DNA of 54,808 bases, filler included, from Jimgerdemannia flammicorona (taxonomy: Eukaryota): NCBI GenBank assembly GCA_003990765.1. It is 3 parts of 3 records of this genome, joined end to end, with 100 filler letters (N's around TTAATTAATTAA, not from the genome) between each part and the next. Parts side by side here need not be neighbours in the genome. Positions count along the whole stretch, not along the records: positions 1 to 18,205 come from RBNJ01002263.1; 2 more parts are not named here. One strand, 5' to 3'. Both the position numbers and the translations under genes were made by a program. The stretch's first letter is position 1, and each line of letters begins with the position of its first letter. The notes under the pieces were generated by a model that was given only the letters and a program-made list of their open reading frames with translations, was not told the origin of the DNA and searched no databases. Below, one piece after another: positions 1-13,513 of this stretch.

Positions 1-911
1 ATAAAATTAAATTCTCAACCATCAATCATAACAAGCAGCAAATTGAAAATTTCTAAAAATAATTCTGGTACTGCTGAGTTGTGACGGTGGACGCTTTAGT
101 GAACCCCTGTTTTTGGTAGTGAAGAAAATGCTTGATTCAGAATTTGATAACTACGGCCTCAGAGCGTGTATGTAATACATGCTTTTTTTTTTTTTTTTTT
201 TTTTTTTGGTGATTAAATTCATATTTTCAATACTTAGTGCTAACAACGACAAATGTCTCTTAGGAATGAATATCGTAAACAAAAACCCAACTATTCACCG
301 CGCAAACATTAATGAGGATGCAGCCATTGTAAGTGTTTCTGAAAAGAGAAATACATTGCCGATTTTACGTTTTATAGCAGAACTCATATTTAGACACCAA
401 CTTACCTGTTGGCCATACAATTTCAGGTATATATACTTGATTAATTTTTGATGGTCAAATTGTATATTATGTGTGTTGGATGCAAAGCAGACTCTATAGT
501 TCTTGCAAAAAATGGAGCGATTGTAAGACGGGCGTTATAACACAATGCATCAGCTACGACCAGATGCAAAGACAAAATTCACGAGTTTAGTCGTGTGGAT
601 GTTCGGGTGCTTCCTGTGGGGTTTATTCGAAAAATTAGACAATTTTTGCCCAGTTTATTTTTGCCAAGTGCGTTTTTAATGAGTGATTACGGGAATGTAC
701 ATGAAAAACGTGAAGCTGTGTAAGATGTCTGTGTAAAGTTCAAAGGAAGAATTAAAAAAAAAAAAAAAAAAAAAAAAAACCCCTCAAGATATCTCTCTAC
801 ACCTATTTCGGTGTCCAGACCAAACAGCTTTTCTCTGGCGCAGGAGCAATGACAAACCCAAATAAAAATCCCAACCGTGCCGCAAAAAATGTTCATATTC
901 GTGCGTGACCC

Positions 912-3900
912 TTAACTCCGCGTCCCACCCATCGTCTCCATCTGTATATACTCCTCCACATGCACTCCATCCATCGCCTTATCCACTCTCGCTCCCACTC
1001 CCACCTCCCCGGCGGCCCTCCCTGGCTCTGGTGCGATGGTCGCGACGCCCTCGACATGGTTCTTGGCGTCCTTCTCCCACATGGTCACGTACTGGGGTAC
1101 TTTCTCCCTCTCCTGCAACCACATGAGCTGCGTCGGGGCGACGAGTGCCCTGATCATCTTTGCGATGACGCAAGGAAGAATGGCGACCCACAGAGTGATG
1201 ACAAGGATGCACCAGAACATAGGCTTGCTAGCGATCCCCTCGAAGTCGCCAAAGACGGCGTACTCGTGGCTGTTGCTGTTCGGGTACACGGCCGAGTAGA
1301 CGAGCTGCCACAGGGCGAAGGCGAAGACCTCGGCCCACGCGGTGACATGTGTGATGAGGGTGTGGTTGTGGCACTCAATGTAGGCGACCTGGACGGTGAC
1401 AACGAGGACGACACTAAAGTAGAGCATGACGCCGAGGGTGTAAAGCTGCAGGGAGCCGTTGAGCTGGATCTCCCACTGCGCGTTGAAGAGCCCGTTGAGC
1501 GACAGGGGGATGAGAACGACGCAGATGGTATGCCACCACGCGGTGATGACCCACTGGGTAAAAATGCGAAGATTGAACGCGCCATCGCGCTGGCCGATAC
1601 GGTAGGCTTCCGGATTTGCGAGAAGAGTGGATGCGTTGAGGTCTTTCTCGAACATGCCGATGACCATGACGGGGAGGGAGGAGAAGAGAGTGTTATAGAG
1701 GGAGAGGGTCCAACCTTCGTAGAGACTGGTGCCGGAGAAGCCGGCCCAGAACTGGAAGACGCCCTGGGTGAGGTAGAAAGTCATGCACTTGTAGAAGGTG
1801 CCCAATGTGAACTTGGACACGCGGATGTATGACCAGTGTCCGTGCACGAAGAGCAGCTTGCACAAAAACCTGAACTGCGCGATGGAGTAGTCCGACGACC
1901 GTGCAGCCTGCATCCCCTCCTTCCCCGTGATCCCAATCCCAACATGCGCCTCCTGAATCATCGCAATATCGTTCCCGCCATCGCCAATGGCGAGTGTGAC
2001 GGCCCGTGGGGCGGTCTCGCGTATGGATCTGACAACCAGCGCCTTCTGGCTGGGGCTAACGCGGCAGCAAATGACGGAGTCGACAAGAAAGCCGAGATGG
2101 CAGAAGAGGGTCATGAGCCCCGCGTCCTGATCGAGTAGTGCCAGCGTCGCGCCGTCGATGACCACGACAGCATGCCGCGCCTTTCCCAGTTTGACGTCCA
2201 CGACGGCTTGCTCCAGGAGCCGCCGTAGGTCCGCCGTCTGGTCAAGAATGATGACGTTTGACTGATCCTTGATCAGGCGGCATGAGTGGCCGATGTTAAT
2301 GGCCGTTTCGCGCTTGTCGCCCGTCAACATCCTGGTTAAACATATGGAGGAGTCAATCGCGCAAAATTAATTCCACCAGGTCGCAAAAAGCTTCCCTCAG
2401 CTAAAATACCCAACATGGCACTATCAAACAAACCCAATCAACCAACCAACCAACCGACCGACCCTCCCTCTTCCTTACCACATCTTAATCCCCGCTCTCC
2501 TCAACCTGTCGATCGCATCCGGCACCCCCTGCTGCAACTTATCCTCAATAGCGGTGGCCCCCGTCATCCTCATCTCCTTCTCAATCTCCTCGCCGGCGGC
2601 CTCCATATTCTCTTGCCTATTCGTGAGCGACATGGTGGCCTCGACGTATCTCTTACTCCATCGAGCGTACTCTTCGGGTTCGAGAAACCTGTGTGCGTAC
2701 AGCAGGGTGCGTAACCCCTCCGTCGCGAACTGCTGGATGTGGTATATGGTGCGTGCATACTCCCATCCCTCATCCTGCAATGGTGGGTCGCAGTACGAGG
2801 TGAAGTTATTGTGGCCTGCGGGCGGGGGTGGCGAAGAAGGCGGTGCGTCGTCGTAAGGAGATCGGTCGTTTAACATCTCGTCGAGCGGGGAAGTGACAAA
2901 CTCTGAACGTGGGGTGGACCCGCTCGGGATGGCTGCGAGGTCGCTTCTATGAGGCAGCTTGCCACCACCGCCGCCCTTCTCCTTTGATCCTTTGATGTCC
3001 GCAAAGGGTGATGCCGCCCACGCGGGTGTCGTCGGCGAGACGAGTACGTTCGGGACGCTAAGCCGGTCGAGGATGATTGAATCAGCGCCTTTGCAAAGGA
3101 GCACAATCCTCCCGTCCGGTAACCGCACGACGATGGACATGCGCTTCCTCTTACTCGAGAACTCGACGACGTTCAATATCTGGAACTCTATCGGCTCCGC
3201 CTCGCCCGGCATGCGCACCTTGATCGACTTGAGCGTCTTCTCGGTGACGACAAACCCGAGGTCCCTCGCCGCAGACACGAGCGCGTATTCGTCGGGCGAC
3301 GCGGCCTGGTATGTAATCTCCCCGGTAACGGGGTCGTGCTCGGGGACGGCGGTATGGCACAACGCCATGGCAAGCAGGAACCAGCCGGACCGCACCACTG
3401 CGGGGTCGTTCGGCCGATCACGGATGCGGCGCACAAGATCCTCGGTGTTGGCAATGGTAGGCACCGGGGCGGGGGGTGGGGGAGGGGTCGGCATCGAGAT
3501 CTCACCGTCTGGATTGAGCGCCACGCCTTCCTCGACGTGCTGAACTGTTATATCCTCCGAGCTCTGGCCCCGCCTCCACCCACGGAGTGAGGACTTAATT
3601 CCATTGCTGAGCCTTCGGATGCTTCCCGAAGCACGCGTGCTGCTGGATCGACGACGACCAAGCGTGTTCTCGTCGGTTTGATCCATCACTCGATCTGCCG
3701 CGCGCTTGCGGATATCGGAGTCGTGGAGATATGCCCACCCGCCGACGCTAAGGTTTCGGAATAGCATAACGTTGTCGGTGAGTGTCCCCGTCTTGTCTGA
3801 GAAGACAAAGTTGACCTGCCCCAGCTCCTCGTTGATGGTGCATGTTTGCGCCGAGGCGGGGGTGTCGCTCTCGGCATGGTACATGTCAGCGTCGTTTATA

Positions 3901-5558
3901 ATCCAGTAAACCTGCACGAGTTTGATAATCTCCATGGTGACGTAGAGCGATATGGGAATTAACGTATTGAAGAGAATGATGAACTGAAACACGGTGGTCG
4001 CGTTGTCCCTTCGTGAGTTCCGGAGGTACCATGCATTTCCCAACGTCCGACTCTGCCACGAGATAGACATTGCAGAGAAGAAAGCCGCGAGCGCCACGAC
4101 GAAGCAGAAGATGATAAGGACGACGCGGTTAATGAGTCGCTGGATGGAGGGTGCCTTCGTGTGCGGGTTCTTGTTGGAATTCATGCGGATCTTGGTCTCC
4201 TCCCCGCTGAAGATCACCATGCCGTAGATGTAGTGTGTGTTACGGAGGATCGTGCCGCGGAGAAGGATCTGGTTGATGGTGAGGGAGTGGCGCACTTCTG
4301 TGACGTCTTGGAGGTAACCATCAAAGTTGTAGAGGTCGTTGTTAGGGAGCTCGGTGCCGACGGTGCCTAGGTAGGTACATGAGCGGGGGGGGGCGTGACA
4401 AGTAATTGAGCAAGTGAAAATGAGTTTGGAGAGGAAGGAGGGGAGGGGGGGAGGGGGAGGAAGAGAAGAAGAGAAAAAAGCAATTCTCTCATTTCATGCA
4501 ACAATTGTAATAACCCGACCTATCTCCCCAACACACACACACACACATATGGATGTACCTTCAAAATCCGCTAACGCCTCCGGCGAGGTCAACACCGCAT
4601 TCGTCTCCTTTAATGCCTGCCTCTGCTTGAGATTGGTCTCTCCGTCCAGTGCAGCAGTCTCGACATAGCACGTCCCCTCCTCTCCCGGGCTGTACAGCAG
4701 GAGCAGATCCGCCGGGATCCACTCGTTTTGATCAACGCGCACGTAGTCCCCCATGGCGACTTCGTGCCACCGAACCTTAAGCCAGACACAAGCGCGTGTA
4801 CCCGTCGTGGTGGAGGTCGACGTAAACGAGTCTCTGCGAGCGATTCCATTCCTGTTTCCCTCGGGGGAGGTTGTACCTCCGCGGTAGACGCGCAGGACAT
4901 ATGTCTCCTTGTTGTTCTCGGCTCTGTCGGCGCGATGACGGCGCAGATCGTCATAGGCCTCGTGGGCCATAGCGATAGACATGAAGAGGGCGAGGGGGAA
5001 GATAGTGGTGTACTGGCCGGTGGGGGACCAACCGGGGACCATCTGGATAACGGCAACGAAAAGGAAGTAGGTATTGGCAACCTTTGAGAACTGGGCGTAG
5101 AGCTGTTTCGGGAGGAAGTTATAGACATTATATCGGGCGGTGGTGATGCTGTTGGTGGAGTACGGCTTCGCTGTGGCTGGGTCGACGAGCGGTGTTGCAC
5201 GCGAGGGTACGATGGGAATGCTCCGGGTCTCGGGTATGGAGGAGGGCACGGGGGCGCGGAAGGAGATGGCGCGGGCGAGCTTCTGGGAGAGACGACGGCC
5301 CAGGCCAAGGTTTTCCGCAGGCGCGTTAGGAGCACGCGTTGGGGTGCGGTGAATGCGGCGAGGGTTCCGGTGGCTTCGAGGAGTGGAGCCGAAGCGCAAG
5401 GTGGAGGTGGATGTAGGGCTCGGTGTGGTGGAGTTATTGAGTGTTGTGGAGGATGAGGCAAGCATGGTGAAGGGATAGAAGCCGGGTGGGTCGTCAAGAA
5501 GGATCGAGTCTGTGTCGGGGTCGGCGTCGGCGTCGTGCCAGTCCATGTGAGGGTCCAT
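912..5558 (-). CDS. DNF3: P4-type ATPase (phospholipid flippase), DNF3-like; 3 exons, ~1435 aa
   Basis: Exons 5558-4559, 4366-2479 and 2331-912 join in frame across GT-AG introns. Motifs: LDGETNLK (A domain), PISLYVTME, FSDKTGTLT (phosphorylated Asp), KGADS, TGDK, GDGGND, then C-terminal TM helices. QMVPGWSPTGQYTT and EELGQVNFVFSD resemble the DNF3 clade; subfamily assigned by recall only. Confidence 0.93.
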
Positions 5559-6278
5559 ATTATATTTTATTATTTTATTTCTCGCTTTTATGTCTCAGCG
5601 CCAGGTTTGTCAGCCTCTCTTTCAGCCATCCTAAATAGCAGCCACTGTATTTCCTTTGTAGATCCGTCCACGGTCTACTCAGTTTGGAAACCCATGTATA
5701 TTTGAGGCGAAGTTTATTAAAAAGTACCTTATGGCCTATCTGGATTGGTACCTTTTTAACCCATACCCATTTGCACTGCCGCCTGTTGCCTGCGGGACGG
5801 CTCAAACCACCCACGTGGTATGCCGGAAAAAGCATATCCTCGGTTCGAACCCGAGATGTTCTTAAGACTAACTGATTCTCTCAACACACAACACACATGT
5901 TAGGAGGGGGCCACAGAAAAGACAATTTCGGATTTGTGCGCGCAACGGTCACCCCTCCCCTATTGTAATGTCACTCGTATCCTGCTCACATCGTTTTTAA
6001 TGACGCCGCACACCCAAATCTTGTCCTCATACCCTCGTAAATTCTTGTTTTATCTACTCAAAAAGTGATCTTGGAACCAAGTACTAAGTAATTATATATA
6101 CAAGAGCAAATAACTAGATGAGTCAGCAAGAATTTATTTCTGTGTATATATATATATATATATATACGGGGCTTCGCCGAGTTGGATCGACCAAACTTGA
6201 AGGGGATCGAACCGGACCAAAGAGGTACTAGTTCTCTATTTTCTACACATAACCCCACACTCCCCACGATGCACCACC

Positions 6279-7890
6279 TCAATTCGCCCTCGCCTCCTCT
6301 GCATCCACCTCCCTAACACTATTCTTGTCGTGCAGTGCCCTGACCGCCGCCAGCATGGTCTTGACCTCGGGCAGGGTGGCGAGACCGTGCGCCGCCCACC
6401 TGATCCTGCACTCAGAGTCGACGAGGAAGACGTAGCCCAGGTACTGATTGTACATGCCAAGCGGCTTGCGCAGCCGCTCGATGTTCTGGTAAAGGAGGAT
6501 GTAGTTGGCCTGGGATGGTGTGACAGTTTGGTAAATAATCAAGTTCTCGGTCTGGAGGGATTCGAGAGAGTGACGTAGCAAGCAGCATATGGATGATTTA
6601 GGGATTGTGTCGATACGTGTCGATACGTACGCGGCGGGCTTCTGCTGTGTTCTTCCGTATGCTGGGCACGAATGCCCGGAGGATGAGCGACTTCAGCTTG
6701 TTCTCCTGCACGTTCATCTTTGTCCCGCAAGTGCAAGAAAGGAAATACAAGTCAAGTTAGCATCAAGACACACTTGACCTCAAACAAACATTGGCAACAA
6801 CCGTCATCGAAACGCCAGAACCATCACAGCTCGCACTTCAAACCTCACCTCGATCAACTGGATGTTCTTCTGCCCTCCGTACACTTCCAGGAACGGGTCG
6901 ACAAAGCTCGCAGCGTGCGGCTACTTAAGGGGGCCATATGGTATAGGGTGAGAGGTCGCCCATGTAAACACGCTTTCAAAGAGATATACCTTTTCATTCA
7001 CGCACGCACCTCCCCGAACCTTGCGAACACGAATGCCATCAGCGATGTCTTGCCGTGCAGGCGGTCGGTTGTGTTCACTTGATTGTTGTACAGATCAACG
7101 CCACGGAAGTTGGGCATGTAGTTGGCCTTCTACTCGGCGAGGGGCAAGCGAGATGGAGTCGTTCAAGCTTCCTATGCACACGATCCACCAAGAATAGGAG
7201 CAAGCACGAGAAACGAGACGTTGGGGCTTACATCCTTCTTGATGAGTTTAGTGCTCGCCTCCCACATCTTACCGCCGTGAATATGTATGTCTAGGGGTGA
7301 TGCAAGGTTCTAGCCTTAATATGCAGGCTGGGGTAGTTCGACCGCTTCATCCATGAACTCCAAAACGAATTCGCTACCTTGCATATCCTTCCAGTACGAC
7401 TCTGAAAATTTCTCGGTCCTATCACAACCATACCCAAAAGCATTGCTGTCAGCTAGCATCGCATCCATGCCATTTTCCCCATTCCCATCATTCCCGTTTC
7501 TCTTCGACAGTAATCCGCCCAGGCGTCATCCCACCGCAACACGCACAAATACTTCCTCTCTTCCGCGTTCGCCGCCGCCACTCTCTCGTAATCCAAATTC
7601 TTTATAATATTTCCAATACCGCCCGTTTCACCCACGACCGGTGGCTCGGGAACACCAAACACAAGCGGCGTCGTCGGCATAGGGCGTTTACGCGGGGTTG
7701 CGGGCTGTGGCTGCTGTTGCGGCTGTGATGGCTGTGGTTGCTGTTGCTGTTGCTGTTGCGGCTGGGCCTGGGGCGGGTCTTTGGTAGAGGAAACGAGGCG
7801 GACGGGTCGGCCTCGGTGCAAGGGCATGGAACCAAGGAAGGATGGCCTGCGGAGCGGAGTGAAAAAGTGTCTAGCGAGCCAGGGATGCAT
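6279..7890 (-). CDS. ATP10: Mitochondrial ATPase assembly factor ATP10; 7 exons, 317 aa
   Basis: Exons 7890-7547, 7418-7378, 7290-7232, 7129-7010, 6920-6849, 6717-6631 and 6509-6279 splice GT-AG to 954 nt in frame. It has an Arg-rich presequence-like N-terminus and a Q/P tract. Family motifs: KANYMPNFRG, NVQENKLK, NQYLGYVFLVDSECRIRWAAHG. Confidence 0.9.
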
Positions 7891-8291
7891 TCTTGGAGTT
7901 AGGTTGCAGGGGTGTTGACGCGACCAGGAAATTGTGCTGGGTTCGATTCCAAGCCACGCGCGTCATAGTATATAATTACACCCCACTCTTCCTCTCTGCA
8001 GCCTTGGTTGGACACGTTGGATTCAATATAGATGAAATAAATATACAGCGAAAAATAGGGAATCTATGTAGGGGAAAATAATGTACGATGAATGTCTATT
8101 CCGAACCATAATCAGACAATCGTGATGAGAAACACGGGGCAGCGCTATCGATCAAGTGATTCGACGCCAACGAGGGGCCGATATATATAATACAAATATC
8201 CAAGAAAGAACCAGAAAAAGGAAACGGGCACAAATAGTTTAATTACATAAGTTACAGTCCTCCAACCCTCCCTCCCTTTCAATCGATATCA

Positions 8292-11003
8292 TCAACCTCC
8301 ATCCTTCCGCCCTCCCTCCCAACCTTCCACTACCTCCTCCACGGCCACCACCTCGACTTCGACCTCCTCCGGGGTTCCTCCTCCTCCGCTCCCGCCCGTG
8401 CTCCGACCACCGTTCCCATTCGCGCTCGCCTGCGCAAACACTCCGCCACTGACCAATTCGTCCAACTCGGCCATCGAGTTATGCGTCTTGAATATGACCA
8501 TGTTCTCCAGACTATACTTGCCCTTTATCTCCGCCGGCTTCACCGCTAACCCAGCCTCCGTGGGCACGGGGACGGGCTGCCTCGCCAGTACGACAGCGAA
8601 CTCCTCTTTAGCTGCACGGGTGTCGCCCATGAGGACGAGCGTGCGGCCCATTTCATACCGCGCAAAGTAATATAAGTAGTGGTCGAGCCTAATGCGCCAC
8701 GCCTCGCGAAACACGGTCCGGAAGGATTCGAGCGCGCCCGTAACGAGGGTATGATGCCGCGCAAGATCTGGATCCAAAGCCGGCGCATCCGGGTCGGTGT
8801 AGAAGGCCTGCTGGCGGAGGAGGATGCCGCGGAGGAAATGGGCGAGGCAGAAATCGTCATAAAAGTTGTCGTAGGGCAAATCTGAGCCGGAAAGGGAGGA
8901 GAGTAGCAAGATCTCGAGCTGCGCAATCTCAGATTCGACCAGCGATGCCGAGCGACGAAGGTGTACGAGGGGCATGATCTCGTAGCAGTTCCAGACGTGC
9001 AAGAGCTCGAGACCGGGGAGGAGGAGGCGATTGGACTGGGCGAGGAACTTGCGCGCCTTGCGGGCGACGAATTTCTGTTGCAAGGGTCGTGGACGGTGTG
9101 TCAAGGTGGACAGTAGGCGAGTTGAAATAAAATAAATTCACACATGAACAACAAACTCTTCCTACCCACTTTCCAACCCCCATACTCACCTCAATCGGTA
9201 TTGACTTTCCAGCAATCTTCTGTAACAGTCCTGGCACCTTCCCCATCAACCCCTCCACCTCCTTCATGGTCTTCTCCTTCTCTTCTTTTCTCTCTTCCTC
9301 GATCCCCATGGCAACGACATAAGCGCAAATGGCCCTCTGATACGTATACACGGCTTTGGACCAATTGCTTTCCTTGCACAGTATCACGTACGCCCTAAGC
9401 GCCTCGGTATACTCCGCGCTGACCATATGGCAGAGCCCGAGCTCCCAGTAGCAAATGTGATGCAGCTGCTTCCAGTCCGCCTGGATGGCGATGGCGGTCT
9501 CGTACGACTCGACAGCCTGTGGGATGTGCCTCCGGGCCTGCCGCAGGCGGGCGGAGAAGTATAGGAAGAAGGCAGACCGCGGGTAGAGGTGGAGGTTGTG
9601 GGCGAGGATCTGCGCTGCGAACTGCGGCGACGCGTCCGCGCAGGGGACCATGGATGAAATGACAGTGTGATAAACGAGGAGAGCCATGTCGGCGAACTGG
9701 CGTCGAAGGCCCGTCTCCGAGGAGACCGGGAGCTGTAGCGGTGGGGGGAGGGACGGGTCGGAGGCGGAGGCGGCGGACCAGCCGCCGATGGACTCCAGGA
9801 CGGAAACCCCCATAGCGCGGTTGCCGGAGAAACCGATGATCTCAAAGACTTTGAGGACGGTGGTAGGGAGGAGGGAGAGCATGAGGTTAAAGAGGCCAAT
9901 GCCGAGGGAGACCCCCGAGGTCAGGTGCTCGTCGATCTCGTACTGCGCTGCCACCCGGGCGCCGCCATGACCGGGGTCGGCGAGTTCAGCTTCATCGATC
10001 TCGGCGTCGACAACCTCGAGGAACTTTTGGAGGCTGCGGTAGATGGTGTAGGAGGAGCGGATGTTGAGGCCCTCGCGGATGAAGGCGACCAGGGTCTCGT
10101 CGTGAACAATGCTGATAATGGCTTTGAGAAGGTAAGCTTCGGCGTAAACAAGTTCCTGGTGGGTGGAGGGAGGGGCCGCAAGGTTACATTTGATGAGCGT
10201 GATGGCATTTATCGAAATGAAATCGGTCCTATCCTCGGTTCGTCAAATCCGCTTTTTGCCCTCCTCTTCAAAAATTCAAATAAACTCGCCCGTTCCAGTA
10301 AAGCAAAACAGAAATTCCCATTCTATAGGCCACAACCCTCCAGTTCCTCCTTTGACTCATCCCGCAATGAGCTCTTTCCCTTTTGCCCGCAAAAAATACC
10401 ACACCTACTCACTGCATGCCTTTGCATCCTCGTCATAGCCTTCACAGTAGCGACTCCCGCGCTCCCCCTCACAAAATTCGCCAGCGCCTCAACCAACCCC
10501 GCGTCCTTTTTCCTCAGGGCGCTCGCGAGATTGATGGTATGCTTGAGGCACTCTAGTGCCTTGTTCACATCCGCTGGCTGGAACGTCATGAGGGCCTTGA
10601 GATAGTTGACGAATGAGTATCCCAGGGTGTGGTACATTGAGGACTTGTATCCACTTAACAGTAGAGTCTCCGCTTCGGTCATGCGTGAGTCGAGAAACAG
10701 ATCGAGCCCCTCACGCACGGTGGCGAGGTCGGCATTCAGACGGGTGTTTTCGTCGGTTGTGGGGAAGGATTGGGAACGGCGGACGAGGGTGCGGAGGTTG
10801 GGCAGACGAGTGAGATTGGGCATGGATGCAGTGGAGAGGGAGGAGCGCGTCGGTCTGCGGACGGGGTTGGAGGAAGGGGAGGAGTTGGTAACAGAGAGCG
10901 GAGGGGGGGTTGTCTTGAAGGGGCTAGCAATAGAGGACATATAAAATGTGGACCTGGCTCTGGAGTCGTCTGACCGAGGTTTGTTGTTTGAGGCTGTGGT
11001 CAT
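8292..11003 (-). CDS. IML2: IML2/TTC39 family TPR protein; 3 exons, ~779 aa
   Basis: Exons 11003-10413, 10155-9190 and 9074-8292 are in frame. Motifs: QRHA|ELVYAEAYLLKA, SGVSLGIGLFNLMLSLLP, IIGFSGNR, WKQLHHICYWE, ESNWSKAVYTY, KIAGKSIPIE|KFVARKARKF, GKYSLEN. Confidence 0.9.
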
Positions 11004-13513
11004 TGTGGAGAAGGGGAGGGAAGGAGTTTGTTTGGGTTGGTTCGGTCCATAAATAATTCATTGCTTGACTGCTTTCGGTCACAAATGGTGCGAACCAGAA
11101 CGTAGCATCTCGCTTGTCTCAATCTCTCTCTCGCCGGCATTTCATTTACCCTTCCACCGGACCTCAAATCTCCCCCAAAGCCCCGAAAACACATCCACGC
11201 CACCGTGGGCTGTGGCGCCGAGCTTATAAATATCTGGCTATTTTGGCTATTTTGGGCGCTTGGGCACGCGATCTGTTGTATTTCAGCATCACAAGAAAGA
11301 AAGGAAAGTCAAGTACATACGCATCCACCCATTCGTCTCAACTGTTATACCTATGTCGCCTCGTACCCCCAAAAACCGGAATCCTTCACTATATGGCGCA
11401 GCATGACACGATACCTACATGCTTTGAGGTACCAAAATCCAAAGGTACTGTCAGCTGTGATCCTGAACCAAAAAGCTATTTTTCTATATATCCTAGTCCC
11501 AGTGTAAGGGTTGAAACAATTCATAAGCCCCGCTCCCGCCCGCGTCCGCGCACCATCCCGTAATTCCCGCTCGTTCTCGTCGCTGTCTTGGAAAGAGCGC
11601 AGCCGCTGACGGCGCCGATGGATGCTGCGGCTCCGAGGCGAAGTCCTCGGAGAGATGTGTATTTTACACAAGGTTGGCTGATACGTATGTTGACGTCCTA
11701 GTCTGTATGAGAGGGCTCGTCAAAAATTCCGAAAAGAGGAAAAACGTAGAAACCAAACCATCATGCTGGGATGAAGATTCTGACCCCGAAAGTCCACGTG
11801 GACATCGTGGGCCGGTATATCTACATGCTTCAAAGAGAAATTCTCCTTTCTTGCTTGGTTTCATTTCCGCTCGGTATTCCTCGTTATGGAACGATGCATG
11901 CTATGGTTTCCCGCCAACTCGTGCTTCAAAGAGATGGACTCGATGCCTGCTGAGCGCTTGCGATAACCTTAAACATTGTTGAGGGATAAAATGGTACGAA
12001 TCTTTGGTAGGTAGGGATAGGTTGACACATATAAGAGAGTGCATTGCAGACAGAAGTGTAATTAACGACAACCCAAGCCTATCGCACTCTACCATTGTCT
12101 CATTATCTCTCGACTGATATAACGCTGGTTTTCCGAATGCACGTCCTGTCAACAAAAGTCTCCGAAGCCTTAACGCAAGCCGGATCGTATATTCGTCGAA
12201 TTTGGAGGTCCAGCTGCGGTGGGCACTTTGGAGTGTTAGGTATACTCAAGCAATTGCCTGTGGCAATTTTAAATTTCTGTGCCATGCTCTTGTACAAAAA
12301 ATGTCTAAAAACCATCAGTATGGGAATGGTCATTAGCTTCATGGAAAGATAGCAAGAATCTAATGCCGTCTGGCAGCTGTATATACTTGTTTTGATTCTC
12401 CTACCTTAGGCTTGCACAAATGTCAAGGCTTCTTGCCAAAGACTGTGCCCGATGACAGACAAAGAAGTTCTCTCGTTAAGCTTAGCGATGATCGTAGGTT
12501 TGAATCTGACAGCCTGGAGTACAGATCAAAAGTGATCTTGGCTTAGTTCCCTCGCACCAGTACGACGAACCCACACCGCTCACGTCTCCATGCGGCAAGT
12601 AAACATCTCGGCATTGATCTTTACAAAACAACGATCCTTTGCTATTTCATAAATTTTAAGAGTACTTACATAAGTTAATGCATCAATAAGGACACAGCAT
12701 AGTGAGACAACAGTCACTTTCAACATTTGCTGCACTCATCGCAAAATCTCAACCATACATTGCCAACACATGTACACCGAGTATGCCATGCATGTGAAGT
12801 GGTTTTATGATGAATCTCCTCTAGATGCAACCATTCGCTTTCTCTTACTCCTGAGTCCGGAATTCAAGTGGCCCATCTACGGAGTACAGCGTGACTGCTA
12901 CTCGGCTGTTCATTTCCTTTTTTGATTCTAGCTCCGAAGGAAGTTCTCCACGTGGCAGCGTAACGTGACGTGTATGATAATTCAGGAAGGCTGCGACCAT
13001 TTATGATTTTGTAGATGGTATCGAATGCAAGCCATAAAGGCCCGTGTTACTAGTTAAGTAGGGAAGGAAAGAATAAAACTGGAAGAAGTGATTGAAAGGG
13101 AATTGAGGAGCATTAATGCGGCAGGCATGATTCATAGTGATAGATATAATTGACAAGGTATGCTGCTGTGCGTCCATCGGATCTCTCCTAACATATACAT
13201 ATGCTGAAATACTATGCACCGTAGAGATGTCTAGTTTACATGGGATGATTGGAATGATCAAGTGATTACAACGGGGCACCGATCATTTGCTTTTTTTCCC
13301 GCCTCGGTAGATCAAAATTATGTAAGTCGGGTCACTACTATTTGGAGTAGATGGCTAGATTTCCGAGGTCGTTTGTGTGGTACATATGCCAGTGCCAACT
13401 GCCGCCGCTTATTGGTGTTTTGAGTGGCGTCCGTTGCCATTCTTAAGATGGAAGCCAACTTAAAAGCATCAGGGAGGTCCGTCCTCTTCTTCCCCAAACG
13501 CTCGGGACGGCAA

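Noticed and set aside
1969..1986. GDGGND instead of GDGAND, suggesting a NEO1-type flippase
   Set aside because: Other motifs (PISLYVTME, EELGQV, overall length) fit the DNF3-like group. It is a single-residue variant.
960..10944. Long antisense or alternate-frame ORFs over the P4-ATPase and IML2 genes (e.g. 960-1832, 4610-5497, 9925-10605)
   Set aside because: Shadow ORFs from GC-rich codon bias, with no recognisable motifs.
11100..13400. Short ORFs and one intron-like GT..AG segment (~11703-11760, minus) between IML2 and the 7-TM gene
   Set aside because: I could not assemble a coherent reading frame or recognise a domain. A small gene or lncRNA cannot be excluded without RNA data.
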